Origin: Acaryochloris marina S15
Lineage (GTDB): Bacteria > Cyanobacteriota > Cyanobacteriia > Thermosynechococcales > Thermosynechococcaceae
Direction of reading: 5' to 3'
Assembly (NCBI RefSeq): GCF_018336915.1
Contig: NZ_CP064923.1
Location: 1,410,001-1,442,000, forward strand
DNA length: 32,000 nucleotides
Part shown: positions 17,565 to 25,130 of the stretch, one piece after another
Layout of the letters: each line of letters starts with the position of its first letter
How positions within the stretch are numbered: position 1 is the stretch's first letter
The notes under the pieces: model-generated
What the model saw: only the letters and a program-made list of their open reading frames with translations
Databases searched by the model: none
What the model was told of the DNA's origin: nothing
Translations under genes and position numbers: made by a program

Positions 17565-17876
17565 ATGAGCAAACCAACTAATCGTATGCGCCCCGTTCAT
17601 CCAAGAGAAATTCTTAGGGAAGATTATCTTATCCCTCTCAATATGAGCGGCAATGCATTGGCTTTAGCCCTGAATGTTCCAGCGACTCGGATCCACGAAA
17701 TTGTGAAAGAGCGTCGTTCCGTTACTGCTGATACAGCTGAGCGCCTCGCTCGCTACTTTGGCGGAGATGCAGCCTCCTGGCTAAATCTTCAAGCGATGTA
17801 TGATCTCAAAACACTACCAACACGAGATGAAATTATTAGGCGAGTTAAACCTCGATCAGTGAAGCAATCAGCTTAA
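17565..17876 (+). CDS. higA: HigA-family antitoxin (XRE-type HTH)
   Basis: 103 aa from the ATG at 17565: MSKPTNRMRPVHPREILREDYLIPLNMSGNALALALNVPATRIHEIVKERRSVTADTAERLARYFGGDAASWLNLQAMYDLK. This matches the HigA antidote consensus almost position for position. Confidence 0.85.
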   Translation: MSKPTNRMRPVHPREILREDYLIPLNMSGNALALALNVPATRIHEIVKERRSVTADTAERLARYFGGDAASWLNLQAMYDLKTLPTRDEIIRRVKPRSVKQSA

Positions 17877-18280
17877 TCTTTGTTTTCTCAAAAATGGATC
17901 AAGTAAAAATCACAAGATCATCGTGAACTGACGTTCCTTGAGAGCGCATCACTTTTTACAGATAAAAAATAAACTCCTGGTTTTTTGTTCTCTCACAGTT
18001 ACCAAATCAATGGGTTTGAGCGCAGTCTGAATATTCTTTCAAAAAGGTGACATGCTCCCAGCTCCTTCAATCCAGTATGCGGTGGGTAAAAAAATGCGTG
18101 GATTTAGGTGAGTGTCGAAAAGGTAAGTTTACTTGTTGTGTTGAGAATGTTCACTCGCATTCAGAAAGGGGAATTCTGGATACACAACGAAATTCCTAAT
18201 GGTTACGGGTCGTTCATGGGTAGCTTTTTCGCTTTTGCCTGACTCAAAACCAAAAAAGACCTGAGCTAGGAGTGCAACCA

Positions 18281-18604
18281 ATGAGCTATAAAATTATCCA
18301 ACCCATTAGCCTGACAGACGGGATTGGTCTTAACCAATTACGCAATGAAGTTAACACTGTGTTAGACGGAGGAGTATCCACGATCCTTTTAGATCTACAA
18401 GATGTCACCTTTATCAATAGTTCGGCAATTGGTGCCTTAGTCGCGATGCATAAAGCAGTGCACGGTAAAAGTGGCACTCTATCTTTATGTTCCATGAGAA
18501 AACAGGTTAGTCTTGTCCTTAAATTATCTAGAATGGACCAAATTTTTGAGATTTTTGCAGATCAGCAAGCATTTCAGCAAAAACAGGAGACTCCTGTTAT
18601 TTAG
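18281..18604 (+). CDS. STAS-domain protein (anti-sigma-factor antagonist, SpoIIAA-like)
   Basis: 107 aa from the ATG at 18281, with AGGAG 8 nt upstream; the track ORF starts at a GTG at 18272. The FINSSAIGALV motif (phosphorylatable Ser region) and the ...LSRMDQIFEIF tail are typical of the family. Confidence 0.8.
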   Translation: MSYKIIQPISLTDGIGLNQLRNEVNTVLDGGVSTILLDLQDVTFINSSAIGALVAMHKAVHGKSGTLSLCSMRKQVSLVLKLSRMDQIFEIFADQQAFQQKQETPVI

Positions 18605-18737
18605 CCTTCTAGCATAAATTCAGGCTGCATATCCCACGGTGGAACGCAGATTACGCAAAAAAGCGTTCTCCAAACAGATCAAACCCAACCCAGGTCAGTC
18701 GCTTTAAAGGCCAAGGGACTAGATAGAGCAGGATATC

Positions 18738-20486
18738 CTAACCTGGGCTAGGAGCATGAACCCGATCTTTCACAGATTGGGGCTGGCCCCAAATTACTTG
18801 CTCATGCTTATAAATCACCATCCCTGGCTTGGCCCCTTTAGGCTTATACACATTTTTGGATTCGGTATAAATGACAGGAACCTGGTGGCTTTGTCGAGCC
18901 CGACTATAGTAGGCCGCCATATTGGCAGCAAACTGCATATCTCCTGGTTCAGGAACAGCTCCTGCTTCTAATCTCAAGAGCACATGGCTACCCGGAATTT
19001 CTTGGGTATGAAACCACAGATCGTAGGTAGTGGCTGTCCGAAACGTGAGCAGGTCATTCTGACGATTATTGCGACCAATCAGTAGCTCCCATCCCGAAGG
19101 AGATTGATATTGGTAAAACGGAATTTCAGGTGGGGCATCTTTGCGATACTCCAGCTTCGGGAAATAGTTTTGTAAGATCAGTTCATCTCGAATATCGTGT
19201 AGCGTTAACAAATCCGCAGCATCTTCAAATTGCTCTAACTGCTGGATACTGGCTTCCACTTGATCTAAATAGGCAACCTCTGACAGCACCTCTTCTAGCA
19301 AAGGCTGCACTTGGGCACGAGAGCGTTTCAGTTTTTGATGGCGTTTGTACCAAGCTTGGGCATTTTGGACTGCGTTTTTTTCTGGATTGAGGGTCAGCGT
19401 TCGAGGTTCACCGGATTCAAAATCCTTCAAAGTTAGGGTTTTCATTCCCAACTGCCATTCATGCAAATGGGCCATCAGTAAGTCAGCCCGTTCTCGATAG
19501 GCTTCAGCCGTGTCTGAAGCCTTCAACTGATCCTGAAAGGTTTTAGCTTTCGTGTTGAGTTTCTTGAGATGGCCTTTGACCTTTTGCTGCAGCTGATGCC
19601 GAAGTTGTTTAAAGACCTGCTCGCCTAACTGCTGACTGTAATACTCATCCAGCAGGATTTGAGTATCGGTAGCAGGATGCGTGATATCCCACCCCAATAC
19701 CGTATAACTCAGAGACTCGCCTCGACACCATCCAGGGGTAAAAGATTGGTTCTCTAAAGCCGACAGCCAATCCTGCCAAGCTTGAAATAGCCGTTGCCAA
19801 TCTGCTTCTTGTAGCTGTTCTGTAGAGAGATCGGGTTTCAGAGCAACGGTAGAAAGCATGGACAACACCAAAGCCGAACTCAAACCTCGATAGGTTTTGA
19901 GTAAATTCCGTTTGAGGGGACCCGGCACTAGGCCTACTTGCCGTTGCCAATGTTCAAAGGATTCTGACAAGGTCGGAATGGGGTCGGTGAGGTGAGGTGG
20001 GGGTTGGTAGAGGTCTCCGGTTTGAATAGGGCGAACACTGGACTGTTGAGCGCTAACTTGGTGGGCTGCCGTGACAATTCGATTTTCCGCATTGGTCAAT
20101 ATGACATTGCTGTACTTGCCCATGATTTCTACATAGACATGCCAATCAACGGGGGCTTGAGGGCGCTGTCCAATCTGCAGGTCAATCACCCGTTCCCAAG
20201 CGGCAATCGGTTCAATGGCAATCAAAGCAAGGCCATTAAGCTGATGGCGTAGCTGTTGGCTAAAGGTAAAGGTATCTGCTCCTTTGGGTGGGGGTGTTCC
20301 CATACAAATTCGGGCAGCTTGGGGATGCCAACTGAGGGCCAGCCACCCCCGCTGATCGAGGGTACGCAGGCCAATATAGACCGTGAACCGATCTTGCTGA
20401 ACCACCTGTTCGATGCGTGCGGGTAGCCATTGCGATCGCAACTCGCAGCACGCCGCTGTTAATGTCGTAAAGTCAACCTGTTGCAC
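18738..20486 (-). CDS. NFACT-family protein (FbpA/RqcH-like ribosome quality-control factor)
   Basis: 582-aa ORF with an N-terminal NFACT-N region, a central coiled coil, and a C-terminal NFACT-R/DUF814 motif (YDLWFHTQEIPGSHVLLR...AAYYSRAR). Confidence 0.8.
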   Translation of the reverse strand: MQQVDFTTLTAACCELRSQWLPARIEQVVQQDRFTVYIGLRTLDQRGWLALSWHPQAARICMGTPPPKGADTFTFSQQLRHQLNGLALIAIEPIAAWERVIDLQIGQRPQAPVDWHVYVEIMGKYSNVILTNAENRIVTAAHQVSAQQSSVRPIQTGDLYQPPPHLTDPIPTLSESFEHWQRQVGLVPGPLKRNLLKTYRGLSSALVLSMLSTVALKPDLSTEQLQEADWQRLFQAWQDWLSALENQSFTPGWCRGESLSYTVLGWDITHPATDTQILLDEYYSQQLGEQVFKQLRHQLQQKVKGHLKKLNTKAKTFQDQLKASDTAEAYRERADLLMAHLHEWQLGMKTLTLKDFESGEPRTLTLNPEKNAVQNAQAWYKRHQKLKRSRAQVQPLLEEVLSEVAYLDQVEASIQQLEQFEDAADLLTLHDIRDELILQNYFPKLEYRKDAPPEIPFYQYQSPSGWELLIGRNNRQNDLLTFRTATTYDLWFHTQEIPGSHVLLRLEAGAVPEPGDMQFAANMAAYYSRARQSHQVPVIYTESKNVYKPKGAKPGMVIYKHEQVIWGQPQSVKDRVHAPSPG

Positions 20487-20754
20487 GGGTAATTACAAGT
20501 AAATGGACCTCTTGGCTGTGGATCCAAGACTCTCAAACCAATCTTTCACAAATTTATCCATATTTTAAGGATTTATACTGATTTGTCGATTCAAGCCTTG
20601 GAAAGCTGATTTTACATGACTATTTTGTATAACTCGATACATTTTTGCCTAAGTAATCCTGTAAATCCTTAAAAAGCTTTCTATGACTAGAAATAAATAC
20701 TTAAAAATAGGTTGTAGGTCTAGATCTTTTGTGGATAAGATGGAAAAAAGGAAG

Positions 20755-20789
20755 ATATCAGAGCTTTTTTGGGTGATGCGCTCTGATAT
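20755..20789. repeat. perfect 10-bp inverted repeat with a 15-nt spacer upstream of remA
   Basis: ATATCAGAGC (20755-20764) and GCTCTGATAT (20780-20789), ending 36 nt before the remA ATG. Confidence 0.5.
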
Positions 20790-20825
20790 TACAAAAGGTT
20801 GGAATCTGCGTGAGGATTTGTATTT

Positions 20826-21095
20826 ATGGACATCAAGTTAATCAATATAGGCTTTGGCAATATTGTCTCTGGAAATCGAGTGATTTCCATAGTCAGTCCA
20901 GAGTCTGCACCCATTAAGCGTATCATCAGCGAAGCTAGGGATCGGGCCCAGTTGATCGATGCTACCTATGGGCGGCGCACACGCGCAGTAATCGTAACCG
21001 ATTCAGGCCATGTTGTCCTGTCTGCAATTCAGCCAGAAACGGTGGCTCATCGTTTTATGTCCAATAAGGACACGACTAAGGATTCAGATAAGTAG
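20826..21095 (+). CDS. remA: RemA/DUF370-family protein
   Basis: 89-aa [76 protein letters not shown], which closely matches the RemA (YlzA) consensus. It lies immediately upstream of gmk. Confidence 0.85.
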   Translation: MDIKLINIGFGNIVSGNRVISIVSPESAPIKRIISEARDRAQLIDATYGRRTRAVIVTDSGHVVLSAIQPETVAHRFMSNKDTTKDSDK

Positions 21096-21355
21096 GACGA
21101 CCTATCTCCTTCAGGATTGGTATCGAGCAAAATGTTTCCTTTACCCGGTACATCCTCCACCAGTCCTCGAAGGGAATGCCTCGTTATTTGGCATTTTATT
21201 TTCATAAAATGAACGGAGTTCGGTTTAGTCTGAAATTTAAATTTTCGTGCTGACTAACCCCCTTATTTCTTCATAGAAAAAGTTCAAATCAGGCTTAACC
21301 CGAACGGGCGTTAAAATAAGGTGTTTTTCCCCTATGAAACGCAAGGTCACAGGTA

Positions 21356-21913
21356 ATGACAAAAACGGGTAAGCTGATCGTCCTGACCGGACCCAGTGGT
21401 GTTGGCAAAGGCACCCTACTACAGCGGCTCTTGCAAGCCTGCCCAGACTTATATCTTGCGGTTTCAGCCACGACCCGTTCCCCCCGAGAGGGAGAAGTAG
21501 ATGGCAAGCATTATTATTTTTTGACCAAAGATCAATTTCAAACCCGAATTGATCAAAATCAGCTCTTGGAATGGGCCGAATATGCGGGAAATTTCTACGG
21601 AACGTTACGGGAACCCGTAATGCGGGAAATTGCCCAGGGGCAGAAAGTTATTTTAGAAATTGAATTAGTTGGGGCTCGTCAAATCCGAGAGAAGGTTGCT
21701 GAGGCCTGTCAGATCTTTGTTAGTCCCCCCTCTGTGGCCGATTTAGAAGCTCGCATTCGAGGGCGAGGCCAAGATTCGGAGGCCGCCATTACCCGTCGTT
21801 TAGACCAAGCCAAAATCGAACTGGCCGCAGCCGATGAATTTGATTTTCAGCTGGTCAACGATGACCTAGACTCAGCGTTGCAAACCCTTAAATCTAAGGT
21901 GTTGTCGTTATGA
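21356..21913 (+). CDS. gmk: guanylate kinase
   Basis: 185-aa ORF with the P-loop GPSGVGKGTL, the TTRSPREGEVDGKHYYF GMP-binding motif, and the LEARIRGRG...RL lid. Confidence 0.9.
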   Translation: MTKTGKLIVLTGPSGVGKGTLLQRLLQACPDLYLAVSATTRSPREGEVDGKHYYFLTKDQFQTRIDQNQLLEWAEYAGNFYGTLREPVMREIAQGQKVILEIELVGARQIREKVAEACQIFVSPPSVADLEARIRGRGQDSEAAITRRLDQAKIELAAADEFDFQLVNDDLDSALQTLKSKVLSL

Positions 21914-22413
21914 TGCTTCGCCGTCTAGTGGCCGTATTGCTATTGCTGCTGAGTCTGAATATATTTCCCCTGCCAGCCCAGGCTGAAACCCATCTCTACC
22001 AGGAGAAACCAGGGCAAGTGACGTTGCGATCGCAACAGAGTCTCCAAGACCAGGCCCAACGCAGTTGGCAAACCATCCTCTTTAAGCGCTATATCGACAA
22101 CCAGCTCGAAGGAATATTCTTGCGTCTCGTGGGATTTCCTGGGCAAGTTGAAGTGGCTCCTGAGCAACCCTTGCAATTTAGCATCGCCGACCAATTTCGT
22201 TGGCAGTCTCAACCCGCCATGGATGGGACCACATTGATGCTTCCAGATAACGTCGGTCAGTACGACGTCCAGCCCCTGCTTGAAAATCTAGATAACGATA
22301 CTCGCCTCGTCTTAGAAATTCCTCTAGTGAGTGGTGTACCTGCCAACCTTGTCGCCCCTCCTGCAGTAATTCATGAATGGCGAGAAGTGACTCAGTTTTC
22401 TCCTCACAGCTAA
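21910..22413 (+). CDS. secreted hypothetical protein (cyanobacterial DUF-type, possibly DUF3122)
   Basis: 167-aa ORF with a signal peptide (MMLRRLVAVLLLLLSLNIFPLPAQA). ATGA overlap with the gmk stop. The family assignment is from memory only. Confidence 0.6.
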   Translation: MMLRRLVAVLLLLLSLNIFPLPAQAETHLYQEKPGQVTLRSQQSLQDQAQRSWQTILFKRYIDNQLEGIFLRLVGFPGQVEVAPEQPLQFSIADQFRWQSQPAMDGTTLMLPDNVGQYDVQPLLENLDNDTRLVLEIPLVSGVPANLVAPPAVIHEWREVTQFSPHS

Positions 22414-22655
22414 ATTGAGCCCCCTAGAAGACTGAGAGGCCATGATTCAAGCAAGCCTCTAAGCCTGAAAATCTTATGCTGTTTTGAATTCAAGGATTCC
22501 TAGCTTGATTTCAATCCCTCTATTTTTCAGGATTATTCTTAGTCAACTACATTAAGAACTGTTTCTCGGTCGGGAAACCGGGCATTATCCGAATTCGGTT
22601 ATGGCATGATCTCATTTGTAACCACATACCGACCTTTCATAACAGGAGTTTCACC

Positions 22656-23291
22656 ATGTCTTTGCGACTAGGGGACACCGTACCTAACTTTACTCAAGAT
22701 TCCACTGCTGGCACAATTGACTTTTTTGAATGGGCTGGCGATAGCTGGGTTGTTCTCTTCTCGCATCCTGCGGACTACACCCCCGTTTGTACCACTGAGC
22801 TTGGGTCTGTATCTAAACTCAAGCCTGAGTTCGACAAGCGCAACGTCAAAACCATTGCCCTGAGCGTCGACGATGCTCAATCCCACAAAGGCTGGATTGG
22901 CGATATCAACGAAACCCAAAATACAACGGTTGATTACCCCATCTTGGCGGATGCGGACAAGAAAGTGTCGGATCTCTACGACATGATTCATCCCAACGCC
23001 AATGCCAAAGTCACCGTCCGCACGGTATTTATCATTGACAACCATAACAAGCTCAGAGCCTCCATTACCTACCCCCCCAGCACAGGTCGGAATTTTAATG
23101 AGATCTTGCGGGTCATTGACTCACTCCAACTAACCGATGACTATCAAGTGGCCACTCCCGTAGATTGGAAAGATGGTGACGATGTCGTCGTTGCTCCCAC
23201 CATTCCCACGGAAGAAGCCAAAAAGAAGTTCCCCAAGGGAGTCACTGAAATCAAGCCTTATTTGCGGATGACCCCTCAGCCCAACAAATAA
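22656..23291 (+). CDS. 1-Cys peroxiredoxin (Prx6-type)
   Basis: 211-aa ORF with the active-site motif FSHPADYTPVCTTEL and no resolving Cys in the C-terminal region. A GGAG Shine-Dalgarno sequence lies upstream. Confidence 0.9.
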   Translation: MSLRLGDTVPNFTQDSTAGTIDFFEWAGDSWVVLFSHPADYTPVCTTELGSVSKLKPEFDKRNVKTIALSVDDAQSHKGWIGDINETQNTTVDYPILADADKKVSDLYDMIHPNANAKVTVRTVFIIDNHNKLRASITYPPSTGRNFNEILRVIDSLQLTDDYQVATPVDWKDGDDVVVAPTIPTEEAKKKFPKGVTEIKPYLRMTPQPNK

Positions 23292-23320
23292 GCCTTTCGT
23301 GATTAAGACTGCGATTTCCA

Positions 23321-23342
23321 GCCCCCGTTAGGGGGTTTTTTA
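23321..23342 (+). terminator. rho-independent terminator of the peroxiredoxin gene
   Basis: CCCCC-GTTA-GGGGG hairpin (23322-23335) followed by TTTTTT, 30 nt after the stop codon. Confidence 0.7.
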
Positions 23343-23409
23343 ATGTCCTGGGAATGGAGCACGGCCATCTTGTTGTTCTGTTCTAGGGATCAGGCATCCG
23401 TTGAGTCCT

Positions 23410-24204
23410 TCAGAGGCATGATGCCCCGTCTTGAATCTCAGGAACAAAGGGTCTAGGAAATTTCAACCGTTTCCACAGAAATGCCCCATAGGCTTGCCGC
23501 CGGCGTTCAAGCTGCTCGGCCACCGCGCCTGGACGACAGAGGGGCTGCAAAAAACAATCTGGGAGTTGGGCCACAGTATTTTGGATCACTTCTCTAGAAA
23601 GCTTTGCTGTCAATGCTGAGTCCCATTGATGGAGTGCAGTGGCCTTTTCCCAAAACAGATGACGATCCATGGCGTAATTTAACCGACGGGGAACGTCTTC
23701 GGTGACATTTGACCAGTTGTACTGAAAGGGAAGAGCGGCTCCATGATCAATCACCCACAGCTGATTTTGGCCAACCATCAGGTTGGGATTGGACGGGGTA
23801 CGGTCTCGATTCATGACCAAGGCATCCAACCACATGACCTGACAAGCCAAATCCTGATCAACGCCATCGACTTCTCTAGGGCGAATATCTCTAGCCCTAT
23901 CTAGATATTGAAAGCCCAAATTTAGGCCATGACTGGCCCCTAAAAGATCTAAAAACTCATCTTCATGGATGTTGTTATGGGTAGCAGCATCAATTGAAAT
24001 CAGGACTTGACTGGGAACCCATAGCCCTATCGCTTCAGCCAATGCCGCCACCACTATCTCTGATACCAAGGCTGCGGTACCTTGGGCCGCCCCTCGCAGC
24101 TTGGTCAAGAAGTATCCGGCCTCCGTCTCCACCACTATTGGCCGAGAACTGCCACATCTGGGAGCCGACATAATCCGAATGGCCCGATAAGTTGGGAGTT
24201 GCAC
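23410..24204 (-). CDS. HipA-like / PI3-4-kinase-fold putative kinase
   Basis: 264-aa ORF. Its catalytic-loop-like motif LVMNRDRTPSNPNLMV is followed by LWVIDHGAAL (DxG-type metal-binding motif), and the N-terminal part has ...FLTKLRGAAQG.... The start is GTG at 24204; an ATG alternative exists at 24171. Confidence 0.6.
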   Translation of the reverse strand: MQLPTYRAIRIMSAPRCGSSRPIVVETEAGYFLTKLRGAAQGTAALVSEIVVAALAEAIGLWVPSQVLISIDAATHNNIHEDEFLDLLGASHGLNLGFQYLDRARDIRPREVDGVDQDLACQVMWLDALVMNRDRTPSNPNLMVGQNQLWVIDHGAALPFQYNWSNVTEDVPRRLNYAMDRHLFWEKATALHQWDSALTAKLSREVIQNTVAQLPDCFLQPLCRPGAVAEQLERRRQAYGAFLWKRLKFPRPFVPEIQDGASCL

Positions 24205-24374
24205 AATGATGCCCCAAAGCGTGAGGTTGCTTCTCTAGCATTGCATCTCACTCGGTGATCTGCGGCGAAGTTAACGACCGATTGAGAACTGTATCAAAAA
24301 AGACTGTTCACCAGAATAGGGTTAACAATGGTGATGTAAGTTTTGCGACTCAATGCAGGTCTGTCATGTCTCAG

Positions 24375-24713
24375 ATGAGGACAATCACCGCATTAATCAG
24401 GCCCCATCAGTGTGATGAGGTCAAAATGGCCCTTGTCCAACTGGGAATTGTCGATATTACCCTGTCGGATGTTAAAGGGTTTGGTAGGCAGAAGGGATTA
24501 CTGCAACAGTATCGAGGCTCAGATACCGAGATTCGGTTTCAGAGGAAACTAAAAGTAGAAGTCAAGGTTGACCAAGAGATGGTCGCGGCTGTCGTTGAAA
24601 AGATAGCCTTAGCGGCTCGAACAGGCCAAGTCGGAGATGGCAAGATATTTGTTTCCCCTCTACTGAAGGTGGTTCAGGTTCGTACGGGGGAAGAGCGGAT
24701 TGAATTGGCATAA
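24375..24713 (+). CDS. PII (GlnB/GlnK)-family signal-transduction protein, divergent paralogue
   Basis: From MRTITALIRP the ORF is exactly 112 aa, the canonical PII length. It has the T-loop GFGRQKGLLQQYRGSDTEIRF, the B-loop TGQVGDGKIFV, and VRTGE near the C-terminus. The track ORF extends to a GTG at 24255, and an ATG at 24366 is also possible. Confidence 0.8.
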   Translation: MRTITALIRPHQCDEVKMALVQLGIVDITLSDVKGFGRQKGLLQQYRGSDTEIRFQRKLKVEVKVDQEMVAAVVEKIALAARTGQVGDGKIFVSPLLKVVQVRTGEERIELA

Positions 24714-24718
24714 ATATA

Positions 24719-24997
24719 GTTTGGGCTATTACTTCCGCTTTCTCCCATTGTCCTGCCTGGAGTGCCGTTGATGTTGCGGGTTGGTTTTACCCCTATAGCA
24801 TTGCGAATGGAGCAGACACCATCCCCTTTAATTTAAGTGGGCATCCTGCTGTAGTGATTCCAGTTGGGCAAACCCAGAAGAGCTTACCCATTGGTTTACA
24901 AATAGTCGGTAAACGATGGCGAGAGATGAAACTTTTTGCGATCGCAAAAGAAATTGACCAAATGGTTGGCGCTTTTCAAAGCCCCAAAGGCTATTGA
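24719..24997 (+). pseudogene. 5'-truncated remnant of an amidase-signature-family gene (C-terminal ~90 codons only)
   Basis: The frame ending at TGA 24995-24997 reads ...ANGADTIPFNLSGHPAVVIPVGQTQKSLPIGLQIVGKRWREMKLFAIAKEIDQMVGAFQSPKGY*, the conserved C-terminal block of amidases. There is no start codon, the frame opens only at 24704, and it runs into the 3' end of the PII-like gene. It contains a HIP1 site (24938-24945). Confidence 0.7.
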
Positions 24998-25122
24998 GAA
25001 GTCCCGAAGGTTTAACTGAGCCAGCAAACATTGCCCGTTCTAGATATGTGTTTGTAGAGTCTATGAACTCCTTGTTGTTTAGAACAAGACAAGAGCTTAG
25101 TTTTACCGAGAAGAGCATCAGA

Positions 25123-25130
25123 AAAAATTT
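25123..25130. repeat. 8-bp target-site duplication (AAAAATTT), left copy, of the ISL3 element
   Basis: The same 8-mer abuts both IS termini (25123-25130 and 26516-26523). Confidence 0.75.

Noticed and set aside
18640-18680. GAACGC-N15-GCGTTC inverted repeat between the convergent STAS and NFACT genes as a bidirectional terminator
   Set aside because: The stem is only 6 bp with a large loop. The A/T run sits inside the loop rather than after the stem, so it does not fit an intrinsic-terminator model on either strand.
22580-22600. CCGAATTCGG palindrome upstream of the peroxiredoxin gene as a redox-regulator operator
   Set aside because: It is only a 10-bp core that contains an EcoRI site, with imperfect extension. 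I cannot match it to a known PerR, Fur or OxyR-type box from memory.
24270-24300. NtcA-type site (GTA-N8-TAC) upstream of the PII-like gene: GTATCAAAAAAGAC
   Set aside because: The second half-site is GAC rather than TAC. No TAN3T -10 box sits at the canonical ~22-nt distance. It is too weak to call without TSS data.
24828-25118. 96-aa minus-strand ORF between the PII-like gene and ISL3
   Set aside because: It is antisense to the amidase remnant, whose plus-strand frame carries an unmistakable amidase C-terminal block. The minus-strand product has no recognisable features.
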